DNA from: a virus | Length of the DNA stretch: 64,000 bases | IMG/VR virus record: IMGVR_UViG_3300037137_001673 | Span: 11,971 to 75,970 of that record | Direction: 5' to 3' (one strand) | Part shown: piece by piece, positions 54,963-63,811 of the stretch | How positions within the stretch are numbered: position 1 is the stretch's first letter | Layout: the number at the start of each line of letters is the position of its first letter | The notes under the pieces: model-generated | What the model was told of the DNA's origin: nothing | The model's database searches: none | Seen by the model: only the letters and a program-made list of their open reading frames with translations | Translations under genes and position numbers: made by a program

Positions 54963-55314
54963 ATAAGTAGGATTGGATAGGGTTACAGGACATGCCACTC
55001 ACCACTGTTCTACTCGATATGTAGATTACCAATCCTAGAGGACTTACGCCCTCTTTGCGATTTTTTCCTTGTGAAGCTTCTTGTAGAGGCGATTGGTTTT
55101 CCAAGCCTTCTTTCGAAGCTCGCTCTTTGCGTTTCCAGAAATCAATTTACCTTTCAATTTTTTCTCCTTGCTTTATTATATCACAATTTTCAATTTTTGG
55201 CAAGTTTCATCTGGGAATAAGATTGCTTCATCAGTATTTACTTTTACCTTTTCAGTAGATACTTTTGCTTTTTTTACCTCTTTTATATATTGCGTAATGC
55301 TATATATTGTCCGT

Positions 55315-55527
55315 TCAATCTCCATCTTTTTCGCAACCTATTAGTTCATATTCAAATAGACCTAGAATAGGTTCAACAGTTACTTTCCCATAGACAAGTC
55401 TCTGCTTGCTATAGCCTAGCAAAAGTTTTCCATTGAAAGTTTCTTCCTCAATGGGAACATCTGTATAGACATTGAAGCAAGGAACATCTTCTTCCTTGTA
55501 AATAAATGTTTGAGGATTATAGTTCAT
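55315..55527 (-). CDS. hypothetical protein
   Basis: Start moved to MNYNPQ behind AAGGAG. Confidence 0.6.
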   Translation of the reverse strand: MNYNPQTFIYKEEDVPCFNVYTDVPIEEETFNGKLLLGYSKQRLVYGKVTVEPILGLFEYELIGCEKDGD

Positions 55528-55550
55528 GATTGCTCCTTTATTTAAAACTT

Positions 55551-55637
55551 CGGAAAGGAGAGGATTTGAACCTCCGGTGGTTTTATCCACACTACATTTC
55601 CAATGTAGCGCACTAGACCAAACTATGCGACCTTTCC
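55551..55637 (-). tRNA. tRNA-Ser(GGA)
   Basis: CTACA-TTGGAAA-TGTAG, long variable arm. Confidence 0.9.
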
Positions 55638-55641
55638 ACTT

Positions 55642-55714
55642 TGTTCCCAGCGGGGCACGATCCCACAATAAAAGTTTAGGAAACTTTTGGTTTATCCAAT
55701 TAGCCTACGGGAAC
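55642..55714 (-). tRNA. tRNA-Arg(CCT)
   Basis: AAAGT-TTCCTAA-ACTTT. Confidence 0.85.
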
Positions 55715-55716
55715 TA

Positions 55717-55835
55717 GAGCAAGGAGTAGGAATTGAACCTACGGCTCGTGGCTATTCTGCCCTCACGGTGCTACTCTCTAACCCAACGGCGAAGGGTTCT
55801 CGCTGGTATTCATTTCCAGTTGCATTATCCTTGCT
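55717..55835 (-). ncRNA. tRNA-like RNA with two extra hairpins in the D arm
   Basis: AGCAAGGA/TCCTTGCT acceptor, GTAGG-TTCAATT-CCTAC T arm. Confidence 0.65.
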
Positions 55836-55843
55836 TTTATAAC

Positions 55844-56332
55844 TTATATTATATCTTTCAAAACTTCTTCGATACTACCAACATCGTGTTTGGTAATCAC
55901 TACTTTTTCAGCAGATGGTCCAGTGATAGGAGTTACTTTCCAACTGGTTTTTACCCCAAGCCCAGCACGAACAGCATCTGCGGTGAATTTATACTTTCCA
56001 CCACTTCCCAGCTGACCGATTACAGAATACTTGCGACCCTTTGGAGCAATCGCTACGATTTTGTAAGTCTTTCCAGCCACGATAGTCATTTTGCCGAACA
56101 TATCTTTTGTAAGTCCAAATTTTCCGCAATAGGCATCCCACTCTGCTTTATCGGCATCTTCTGTCGAACCAGTAGCATCTAGAAACCTTCCTTTTGTAGA
56201 AAAAGTGAAATACAAGTCAGTATAGGAGACACCTCCCATTTTGAAACTGACACCATGCTTTACACCTACCGAAGCAAGAGCAATGGCAACATCACGACTG
56301 ATTTCTCTCAACTTCTCACTTGTTCCGTTCAT
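55844..56332 (-). CDS. hypothetical phage protein
   Basis: 162 aa, overlaps the upstream ORF by ATGA. Confidence 0.7.
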   Translation of the reverse strand: MNGTSEKLREISRDVAIALASVGVKHGVSFKMGGVSYTDLYFTFSTKGRFLDATGSTEDADKAEWDAYCGKFGLTKDMFGKMTIVAGKTYKIVAIAPKGRKYSVIGQLGSGGKYKFTADAVRAGLGVKTSWKVTPITGPSAEKVVITKHDVGSIEEVLKDII

Positions 56333-56547
56333 ACCTTTGCTCCTTTCAGCATCTTTTGAAAAAATGCCTTTTCGTTTTTTGTAGCTGGCCGCATATCAAG
56401 GGAAATTCCTTCCCTCAAATCGCAAGCAGCATATCCCCAATCATATCTTAAAAAATTTCCATTTGGAAGTTTTTGATAAATTGACGACATATGAGACTGG
56501 GACTTGAAATAAAACTCGTCCCCGATAAATACAATTTCCTTCTTCAT
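56329..56547 (-). CDS. hypothetical protein
   Basis: Start moved to MKKEIVF downstream of the promoter; RYDWG...MRPAT. Confidence 0.6.
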   Translation of the reverse strand: MKKEIVFIGDEFYFKSQSHMSSIYQKLPNGNFLRYDWGYAACDLREGISLDMRPATKNEKAFFQKMLKGAKV

Positions 56548-56712
56548 TTTTCTCTTTCTTGAAATAAGTATAACACAAATTTTGTTTTTGGTAAAGTCGT
56601 CAAACGTCAACAAATAATTATTCACAAAAACCGCCCGAACACAATCACTATATATGAAAACTGCTATATTTCAAGGCATAAAAAAGGGGATGCTTTTCAG
56701 CATCCCCTCCCA

Positions 56713-57039
56713 CTAGGCAGCCTTCGCTGCCTTCTCGACGATCTTGACGATCTCGGAATACTTCCGATACCTCTTGACGTCCTCGCCATCCTTCTTGAAG
56801 GAGACGGTGACGGACTTGTCAGAAGCCTTCAGCACGATGCCCTCGACCTCGCCCTTTCCGAACTTGAAGATGATCTTGTCGCCAGCGGTCAGGCCAGCAG
56901 ACCTCATCTCCTTGTCCAGCTTGTCCTTGGTCTCGGAATCGGAAGCCTTCGCGTCCGCCCTCTTGGACTTCAGGGTCTCGGAAACCTCATCCTTGAGCAC
57001 CCGCAGATCCTCGATAGTCATGGTCTTGAGATCAATCAT
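56713..57039 (-). CDS. coiled-coil plus SH3-like protein with GC-rich codon use (paralogue of 36306)
   Basis: SD TAAGGAGGT, consensus promoter, terminator GGGGATGC/GCATCCCC. Confidence 0.85.
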   Translation of the reverse strand: MIDLKTMTIEDLRVLKDEVSETLKSKRADAKASDSETKDKLDKEMRSAGLTAGDKIIFKFGKGEVEGIVLKASDKSVTVSFKKDGEDVKRYRKYSEIVKIVEKAAKAA

Positions 57040-57439
57040 TGTTGACCTCCTTACTTGAATTTCAGTCCCGCATAAGCGGAACTAGTCTTTACTCTTTTAT
57101 TATACAGGAATTTTTTAATCTTGTCAAGAAAAATGTGTCGCTCAGGATCATCAATTTCTCTTCTCCCCTGAACGACACTGAACAAGAACGGTGTGCGGTT
57201 TCGACATTGCCTCTACTCCCGCTGGGGAATTATAGGAACGGTGGTAAGGGTTATTTGTGAGGACATGCCTCGACGTAGATAACTACCCATCCACCGTTGT
57301 TTACATAGTATAGCACAAGTTTTTAATTTTGTCAAGAAAATTGGTGAGTTAATAGGCGTAGTCAGACTTCTCTTGCCAGAGAAACTTAATCACCTTCCTA
57401 CCTAAAGACTATTGGCATAGTATCACCACTTTAGTTCTG

Positions 57440-57513
57440 TGAGTCGTGTAGGATTTGAACCTACGGCATCGAGCTTAAGAGGCTCGCGCTCTACCAGACT
57501 GAGCTAACAACCC
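57440..57513 (-). tRNA. tRNA-Lys(CTT)
   Basis: CGAGC-CTCTTAA-GCTCG. Confidence 0.9.
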
Positions 57514-57517
57514 ATAG

Positions 57518-57588
57518 AGCCACCGATAGGATTTGAACCTATACAACTAGTCTACCGAACTAGTGTCCTGCCGTTAGACGACAGCGGC
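57518..57588 (-). tRNA. tRNA-Thr(GGT), C33
   Basis: CTAGT-TCGGTAG-ACTAG. Confidence 0.85.
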
Positions 57589-58236
57589 TAAAAAATGCCT
57601 ATTTCCATCTTCAGGAATAAGGCTAAGCGTGAGCTGTTTTATATTTACTGACGTTGGTGGAGGTATTCGCCCCTCGTTTCTACGGGTGGTATTAACCAAT
57701 CATCTATTTATATCGCTATCCGATTGCGTCATGTCAATGCTATTCATGATTAGCACCTTCACTATTATCCACCTATGAAGTTGTGGTCTAGCTTCAAAAG
57801 ATGCTAGCAACCTTGCGCTTATTTATCTTAACACAATCTTTGAAATTAGTCAAGGCGCTTCGGCGCTTCTCGTTTTCACGAAGGCCACCATCAATCCAAT
57901 TCACACAGCACCTTGACCAGTTCAGTATATCACAATCTTTGAAAATTGTCAAGGGGGGTTGCCTCAGACTGCTTTCGCAGGAGGTTGCTCTGCCCCTTGA
58001 CTAGGCCTGTGCAGCTGCCGTTCTGTATGACTTTGCGCCACATTACTAGGCAACTCTCACTCACAGAGCGTGTTAAAACGTCCATGAGGGGAAAACACTT
58101 TTTCCCTGATAACCAATTATACAGGAAAGTTTCAATTTTGTCAAGGGTTTTGTGAGAACTTCACATTTAACAGACGTGATGCTGTTTTCCCCTGACTCTT
58201 TAATAATACACGAATTTTTGAATTTTGTCAAACTTG

Positions 58237-58318
58237 TGGGCTAGGTTGGAATCGAACCAACAAAGTCATAGACCTCTGTTTTACAGACAGATAAGCACAC
58301 CACCTGCTCGACTAACCC
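58237..58318 (-). tRNA. tRNA-Tyr(GTA)
   Basis: TCTGT-CTGTAAA-ACAGA, long variable arm. Confidence 0.85.
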
Positions 58319-58321
58319 ATA

Positions 58322-58391
58322 TGGTAGAGGTGGGTATCGCGCCCACAAAGTTTGGCTTATGAAACCAAATTGAATACTTATTCTCCCTACT
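58322..58391 (-). tRNA. tRNA-Met(CAT), minimal D arm and atypical T loop
   Basis: TTGGT-TTCATAA-GCCAA; A1xC72 mismatch. Confidence 0.7.
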
Positions 58392-58500
58392 ACGATGCTG
58401 GCTAGTGAATACGTTTTTCCTGCCAGCTCTCAACGTGAGACCAACCACGTTTTGCGGTCTATATTATCTTATCACAACGATTGAACTTTGTCAAATTTCT

Positions 58501-58573
58501 TGCGCCTAGATAGAGTCGAACTACCGTATCAACTTTATCAGAGTTGCATAATAAACCGTTATATGATAGGCGC
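58501..58573 (-). tRNA. tRNA-Ile(GAT)
   Basis: CAACT-CTGATAA-AGTTG. Confidence 0.9.
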
Positions 58574-59122
58574 GCATAACCCCCAAAGAAAACGAAACAG
58601 ATTACTGCGTCTCAATTGCTGACACACCCACATCACTTGTATTCTTTTTTACAATACAATACAAACTGCCTTAACGCTAGTCAACTACTAGCCCTCATCT
58701 GTTTCGTTAATTTATCTTATCACAATTTTTCTATTTTGTCAAGACCACTTCACTAGGCTCGCTAGCCACATGACGAAGGTGATTGCGCCTACACAAAAAA
58801 TGAATAGGGCAACGATTTTTTTCGTGTTTCCTCTCCTCTCTCATAATAGTATAGCACACGGATTGGATTTTGTCAAGTTGGGCGGTTTTTGTGTTATTTT
58901 CACAATTTTATATTTTTTCATAAATTGTGTAAATGTGCGTATATTTTGTGATTTTACGTAATTTTTATAGATAAGTAAAATGCCTATATTTTGGGGTATT
59001 TACGCCGTATGGCATAGGGTTTTTGGCATTCTTTTTTCCGGTGAGCCAGACGGAACTGGTAGGAAAAGCGAGCACTTTTATAAAAAAATCGTCATTTTTT
59101 ACTAAAAGTGAAATTGCCTTTT

Positions 59123-59431
59123 TTAGACAAACATTAACACTAGTATTATAAAAATGACTGCTGCTACAGTAAGAAACCCAGTTAGAAATCCTGTTGCGAA
59201 AAAAAGATGTGGTTTAGGACTATATTTTTTTGTTCTTTTAATAGTTTTCTCAATAATAGGTTGGCGGATTTCTTTTTTGTATTCTTCTTTTCTTCTTTTT
59301 TCATTGTCGTTGAAATAAGTTGAAATTTTTTTAATTAAGTCTAGAACCCATTTTATAATTTTGTCTAGAATTATAAATTTAGGTTCGTATTGTTTAAACG
59401 AATAAACTTTTTTTGCTATTCTTTTATTCAT
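59123..59431 (-). CDS. C-terminally anchored membrane protein
   Basis: Basic N-terminus, terminal TM helix. Confidence 0.6.
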   Translation of the reverse strand: MNKRIAKKVYSFKQYEPKFIILDKIIKWVLDLIKKISTYFNDNEKRRKEEYKKEIRQPIIEKTIKRTKKYSPKPHLFFATGFLTGFLTVAAVIFIILVLMFV

Positions 59432-59560
59432 GCTCTGCTACCTCTAGAAATACTAAATATTAAGTATTCTTTCCATTCTTTAATTTTCCAGTAAATATTT
59501 TTTTTAGCAGTAAAATTTTTAAATGAAGGACTAAATAAAGTAATTAATCCTAGAATTTTA

Positions 59561-59743
59561 TTATTCATGTAAGTACTCATATACTATGATATCTAGAATA
59601 CTTTCGAAAATAGAACCACCATCTAATATCCAAGGAGATACATAATCACACCAATCATTCTTAAAAATTCTATTGAAGATATTTTTAGTGTTAAAAGTGC
59701 GATTAAGTATGAAGATTTTATCTCTTTGAGAGAGTTGATACAC
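59561..59743 (-). CDS. hypothetical protein
   Basis: 60 aa, abuts the upstream ORF. Confidence 0.45.
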   Translation of the reverse strand: MYQLSQRDKIFILNRTFNTKNIFNRIFKNDWCDYVSPWILDGGSIFESILDIIVYEYLHE

Positions 59744-60244
59744 TTACGCTATTTCCTTAAATAGAATATACTTATGAGTTGCTAAATTATACCAGAACAT
59801 TTTATAATCAACGGAAAACATTACATTTTCTCCATCTATTTTTACATAATTGATTTGTGTATTACATTGTTCGCAAGGGAAGGAATTTTTCCATCCTCCA
59901 CCTTTATTATTTATACTTTTCTTCCATTTTTGGATTTGTATTTCGCAACAATTTTTTAAGTATTTCTTACCAGTATCTTCTCCGGGAACACTTGCTATTA
60001 CTTTTTTCGCATCTTCTTCATCGACAAATAAATCTATATAGTTTAGTTTCTTTGCTTCTATATTTTTCATTTTGTCGGAGAATTTAATTATTTTTCTTTT
60101 CACTGGAGACAATACATTTTCCGTTTCTGCTAGTCCTGCCCAGACAGAAGTTTCATTTATTTTATAAACATAATAACAAACTTTATTTTTATAAACCTTA
60201 CATCCTACAAAAATGTTGGTTTGGATAGCTGGAATTAAATTCAT
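59744..60244 (-). CDS. hypothetical protein
   Basis: 166 aa, CC...CEQC. Confidence 0.65.
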   Translation of the reverse strand: MNLIPAIQTNIFVGCKVYKNKVCYYVYKINETSVWAGLAETENVLSPVKRKIIKFSDKMKNIEAKKLNYIDLFVDEEDAKKVIASVPGEDTGKKYLKNCCEIQIQKWKKSINNKGGGWKNSFPCEQCNTQINYVKIDGENVMFSVDYKMFWYNLATHKYILFKEIA

Positions 60245-60513
60245 TTTATATAATCATTAGGAAGTATTATTATAATAGCACCACTACCATTATTCATAGT
60301 TATTTCTGCTACAAAACTTCCATCTTTCTTAAAGAGTTTATAGGTTTTTGTTAGTAAATTAAGTTCATATCTATCACAGAAATACCAGTTGGTTCCTATC
60401 CAGTTAGAAACTCCAACTTGATAAGTAGCATTATGCCTATAAATTTCTGCTGGTGTGTAATAGCAAGCAAAAAGAAATAATGATAATAGAATTGCTAGAA
60501 TTATTTTTTTCAT
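60241..60513 (-). CDS. putative lipoprotein
   Basis: Leader ending LFAC. Confidence 0.65.
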   Translation of the reverse strand: MKKIILAILLSLFLFACYYTPAEIYRHNATYQVGVSNWIGTNWYFCDRYELNLLTKTYKLFKKDGSFVAEITMNNGSGAIIIILPNDYIK

Positions 60514-60809
60514 TTAATTCGCCAATCATCTTTTTTATATCCAAAAATATGCCATATAAAAACAAAACCATCAGGAGATTGAGTCTGGACCGTTGTATAA
60601 AATTCTAGTTCGTCTAGACTATCTACTGGATTTCCAGTTCCAAAAATTCTAAATCTTTTAGTTTCTTGAATTTTTATTCCAGAATCTACTAAAACCCAAG
60701 CAAAAATTTTATCATTTTGTGCTTGTAAGTTGATTAGATTTGCTCCGGCTATAACCTTTATTGCTGGCTCGTCAGTAATAGGAATTTCATACTTCCAAAT
60801 AGTTTTCAT
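60510..60809 (-). CDS. conserved phage protein of unknown function
   Basis: TIWKY...W.LVD...IFGTG...TVQ...FIWHIF. Confidence 0.75.
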   Translation of the reverse strand: MKTIWKYEIPITDEPAIKVIAGANLINLQAQNDKIFAWVLVDSGIKIQETKRFRIFGTGNPVDSLDELEFYTTVQTQSPDGFVFIWHIFGYKKDDWRIK

Positions 60810-61042
60810 TTCTTTATTCTTCCAAGTTCTTTTTTTACATATTCTTTTATTTCATCCCATTTAGAGACAAAATCATTCCAAGTATCAACATCAATGTTAA
60901 ACCCATTTTTTCCTCGTGCCATTTCACCTTTGTTGTCATACCACTTCCGGATGTCAATTCTAGATACTCCACGAAACTCTGATACTTCCACAAATATATC
61001 TTCGGTAATAGCAAGTTTATCTGCCACCTTCTTCTCCTTCAA
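60806..61042 (-). CDS. PC4-like ssDNA-binding protein
   Basis: VSEFRGVSRIDIRKWY...GKNGFNI...W. Confidence 0.8.
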   Translation of the reverse strand: MKEKKVADKLAITEDIFVEVSEFRGVSRIDIRKWYDNKGEMARGKNGFNIDVDTWNDFVSKWDEIKEYVKKELGRIKK

Positions 61043-61346
61043 AATTTAGTTCCAATTGAGTATTTGCCTTTATAAATTTATCATCAATTCTAGTTCCAAG
61101 GTTCCAGCAAGAAACTTTTAAGTCTTTTAAGTCTTTTAAGTCTTTGAAATGTTCAATCTTTTTTATAGTTTTAAAATTTACATAATCTGGAACATGCCCA
61201 CTTCTCCAATTTTTAAAATAAATACAAAAATCAGCAAAATTTTGAGAAATGCCAATTATAATTCCAGTTCTACCAACTAGATCTGGTTTATCCCAACCTA
61301 GGGAAATTACTTTTACTTTATCGCCAATTTCAAATTTAGTTATCAA
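61017..61346 (-). CDS. SH3/KOW-like protein ending QLELNF
   Basis: KFEIGDKVKV; C-terminal NTQLELNF. Confidence 0.7.
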   Translation of the reverse strand: MITKFEIGDKVKVISLGWDKPDLVGRTGIIIGISQNFADFCIYFKNWRSGHVPDYVNFKTIKKIEHFKDLKDLKDLKVSCWNLGTRIDDKFIKANTQLELNFEGEEGGR

Positions 61347-61572
61347 AGTTTAGTTCCAGTTGAGCGTTAAATCTTTTAAACCATCTAAGTCTCCACCATT
61401 GCGGAATTTCATAAAAACTTAATTGATAAGATTCTTCATCCATAAATTTGATAGTTAGATATTTTGCTGTTTTTGCTTTTTCTATATAGAGATATTCATT
61501 TCCAAAATTATCAAATTCTCTTTGTTGTATTTTTTTTAGAAGAACTACTTTATCGCCTTTTTTAAATTTCAA
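61336..61572 (-). CDS. SH3/KOW-like protein ending QLELNF
   Basis: KFKKGDKVV; C-terminal NAQLELNF. Confidence 0.7.
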   Translation of the reverse strand: MKFKKGDKVVLLKKIQQREFDNFGNEYLYIEKAKTAKYLTIKFMDEESYQLSFYEIPQWWRLRWFKRFNAQLELNFDN

Positions 61573-61678
61573 AGTTTAACTCCATCATTTACATAAATAA
61601 AAAAGAGTAGGGTAATCTTGGTAGATAATTGCCTACTCTTTTCCCTTATAGTTATTATACTATAATTTTCCCTTTTCG

Positions 61679-61846
61679 TCAAGTTCTCTTCTGTGTTTTT
61701 AATTTTACAGAAGGCTTCTTCACGGGTGGAATTGTAGTTTTTGCTGAAGTTTTTGGCAAAGATTTTGAATTCTTTGGTGCTGTCTTCTTTGCAGGAACTA
61801 CTACTGGCTTCTTTTCGAGGCCTAGTAAACTTTTGAAAAAACCCAT
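61679..61846 (-). CDS. small Lys/Pro-rich basic protein
   Basis: Read by hand: MGFFKSLLGLEKKPVVVPAKKTAPK...; SD AAGGAG. Confidence 0.6.
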   Translation of the reverse strand: MGFFKSLLGLEKKPVVVPAKKTAPKNSKSLPKTSAKTTIPPVKKPSVKLKTQKRT

Positions 61847-61883
61847 ATCGCTTTCTCCTTTTTAATAAGATGTATAATTTTAT

Positions 61884-62120
61884 TTATGCGTTGAAATTAA
61901 ATTCTAATTGTACTGGAACTTCTTTTAACCATTTAATATTCCATTTGCAGAGTATAACAGGGTCGTCCCAATAAAAAATATTCTTTGTCATTAAAACTCT
62001 CTTACCTTTAAAATTAATAGCAAGGGCATTCATTTCGTCTATATAAGTTGGAGATTCTTTTACATTTAAATTTTGTTCTATTAATTCTTTTAAAGTTTTG
62101 AGATAAAAGTATTTAATCAT
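61884..62120 (-). CDS. hypothetical protein ending QLEFNF
   Basis: 78 aa; C-terminal VQLEFNF. Confidence 0.65.
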   Translation of the reverse strand: MIKYFYLKTLKELIEQNLNVKESPTYIDEMNALAINFKGKRVLMTKNIFYWDDPVILCKWNIKWLKEVPVQLEFNFNA

Positions 62121-62658
62121 ATTTAACTAGATCCTCATTATCTTCTTTCGTTTCCATTATTTTACTAATTTCACTAAAAGAATAGGGATAAAAATTATTT
62201 ACATCTACACCAACATTCATTCTTTTTCCTTTAAAATTTTCTTCTATAATTTTTGAATGGTGGTGCCCGTGAATAGACCATGAGTTATGGCAAGAGCAGT
62301 TCCACGAAAGCATAGCATAATGACAGAGTGTAATTTTCTGTCCTTCAATTTTAATGTCTCTCATTAGAGATATAGAAGCACAATACTTTGACAGAAATTC
62401 ATCAGTTAGTCTAATGTCATGATTTCCCCTAATATAATGAATAGTAATTCCTATAGGAAGTCTATTGAAAAACTTTTCAGCAGGTTCTACTTGAAATGAC
62501 ATATCGCCCAGAAAGTATAGAATATCTCCAGACTTTAGAACAGAGAGGAAGTTTTTAGTAATTGTTTCATCCATTTCTTCCACACTATTAAATGGACGAT
62601 TACAATACTTAAGAATGTTAAAATGTGAAAAGTGGAAATCGGCGCTAAAGTAAATCAT
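62113..62658 (-). CDS. calcineurin-like metallophosphoesterase
   Basis: ADFHFSH, LGD, RGNHD, CHY, HGHHH, NVGVD. Confidence 0.9.
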   Translation of the reverse strand: MIYFSADFHFSHFNILKYCNRPFNSVEEMDETITKNFLSVLKSGDILYFLGDMSFQVEPAEKFFNRLPIGITIHYIRGNHDIRLTDEFLSKYCASISLMRDIKIEGQKITLCHYAMLSWNCSCHNSWSIHGHHHSKIIEENFKGKRMNVGVDVNNFYPYSFSEISKIMETKEDNEDLVKYD

Positions 62659-62688
62659 GCTTTATTATATAATAATTTTTGTTTTTTT

Positions 62689-63600
62689 TCAAGTTTTATA
62701 ATTGTGAATTTTTTCTAGGATAGATTTTTCTGCTCCATGATAATAGTTTTGTATTTCTTCATCCCAGAAGTTTATGGTTCTATCTTTAAAAGTAGATTTC
62801 ATAATTCTATTCATAAATCTATTTTCAAAATCTTCTCGGTCTTTGCTGTATAGATGGAACGAATCGGCTTGCCAGTTTATGCGTCCCATAATTATGTTTT
62901 TTTGAGTTGTCATTTGTAAAACATCAAGTATATTTTCTTTGATAAACATAGTTAAACCAAAGCAGTTCATCATGAAAGCATTGTAAGCATCATTAGAACG
63001 GAACGAGATGTTAGTGTTTAAATACCAGTTATTTTCACTTTCGGTTATGCGAAACCAAATAGACCTCAAGCATGCCGGATCATAAATATCTTTATCCAAA
63101 TACGGAATCCAAGTAATCATTTGTGCTTGCCTAGTAAATGGGTCTTTTATTAGTTTTTTAATTACTTCTTCTACTTGATTTACTGAAAGGATTTTATCGC
63201 CATGTTTAGGTTGAATTTTTGTTTTGATAATTTTTCTATCATTTACATCTAAAATATTTTCATACCAAGAACCCCAATCTGTCATTCGTGAGTGGTAGGT
63301 ATAATTCCAACGAGTATCTTTTTCATCGTTACTAGCCCTTACCCAATTATCTTTTAATCCATTAAGTTCATAAACATATTCCCTTAAATCTTCTATACCA
63401 CCCGGAAATGCTTTATGTATCATTGGGTCAGTAAGTGGTTCCTCTATTGTAATGTTCGCTGTAGCGTCGATAGAGGGCATACCATCGGGTTTATCATATT
63501 GAGTTTTAACTTCTATACCATTGATTTTTAATTTTATTAAAGCATCTTCATATGCTTGCGCAATGGTTTTTCCAGAAGCCGAGATAATTGGTATATTCAT
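62689..63600 (-). CDS. thymidylate-synthase-family enzyme (archaeal-type ThyA or dUMP hydroxymethylase-like)
   Basis: YTYHSR, TRQA, PACL (catalytic Cys), FRSNDA...MN, SFHLY. Confidence 0.8.
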   Translation of the reverse strand: MNIPIISASGKTIAQAYEDALIKLKINGIEVKTQYDKPDGMPSIDATANITIEEPLTDPMIHKAFPGGIEDLREYVYELNGLKDNWVRASNDEKDTRWNYTYHSRMTDWGSWYENILDVNDRKIIKTKIQPKHGDKILSVNQVEEVIKKLIKDPFTRQAQMITWIPYLDKDIYDPACLRSIWFRITESENNWYLNTNISFRSNDAYNAFMMNCFGLTMFIKENILDVLQMTTQKNIIMGRINWQADSFHLYSKDREDFENRFMNRIMKSTFKDRTINFWDEEIQNYYHGAEKSILEKIHNYKT

Positions 63601-63601
63601 A

Positions 63602-63811
63602 TTATTCTCTAGTTAATTTGTATTTAAATTCTTTCATGTGTTCTTCGCAAAGAGTTTTTACCCAATTATTTTTGCTACACAAAGTTCCAACTTTACCACA
63701 AATTTCACCAAAATTATTAAAATAAAAATTTTCATAGAAGTTAAATAGTAAGATTAAAAATCCAACTTTATTTCCTTCAATTTTTTTATTTAGAAGGATG
63801 TATTTATTCAT
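63602..63811 (-). CDS. hypothetical protein
   Basis: 69 aa, EICG...W.KTLC..H. Confidence 0.45.
   Translation of the reverse strand: MNKYILLNKKIEGNKVGFLILLFNFYENFYFNNFGEICGKVGTLCSKNNWVKTLCEEHMKEFKYKLTRE

Larger units (their letters stand above)
57098..58877 (-). promoter_or_regulatory. array of nine sigma70-type promoters
   Basis: TTGAC(A/T)-17 nt-TG-extended TATAAT/TAAGAT/TATACT near 57100, 57307, 57825, 57924, 58116, 58203, 58466, 58714, 58848; many more copies upstream of minus-strand genes from 31.6 to 61.7 kb. Confidence 0.8.

Noticed and set aside
54868-55717. N-terminal extensions of ORFs 54682 and 55315, and + strand ORFs here
   Set aside because: They cross tRNA genes; downstream ATGs with AAGGAG are better starts
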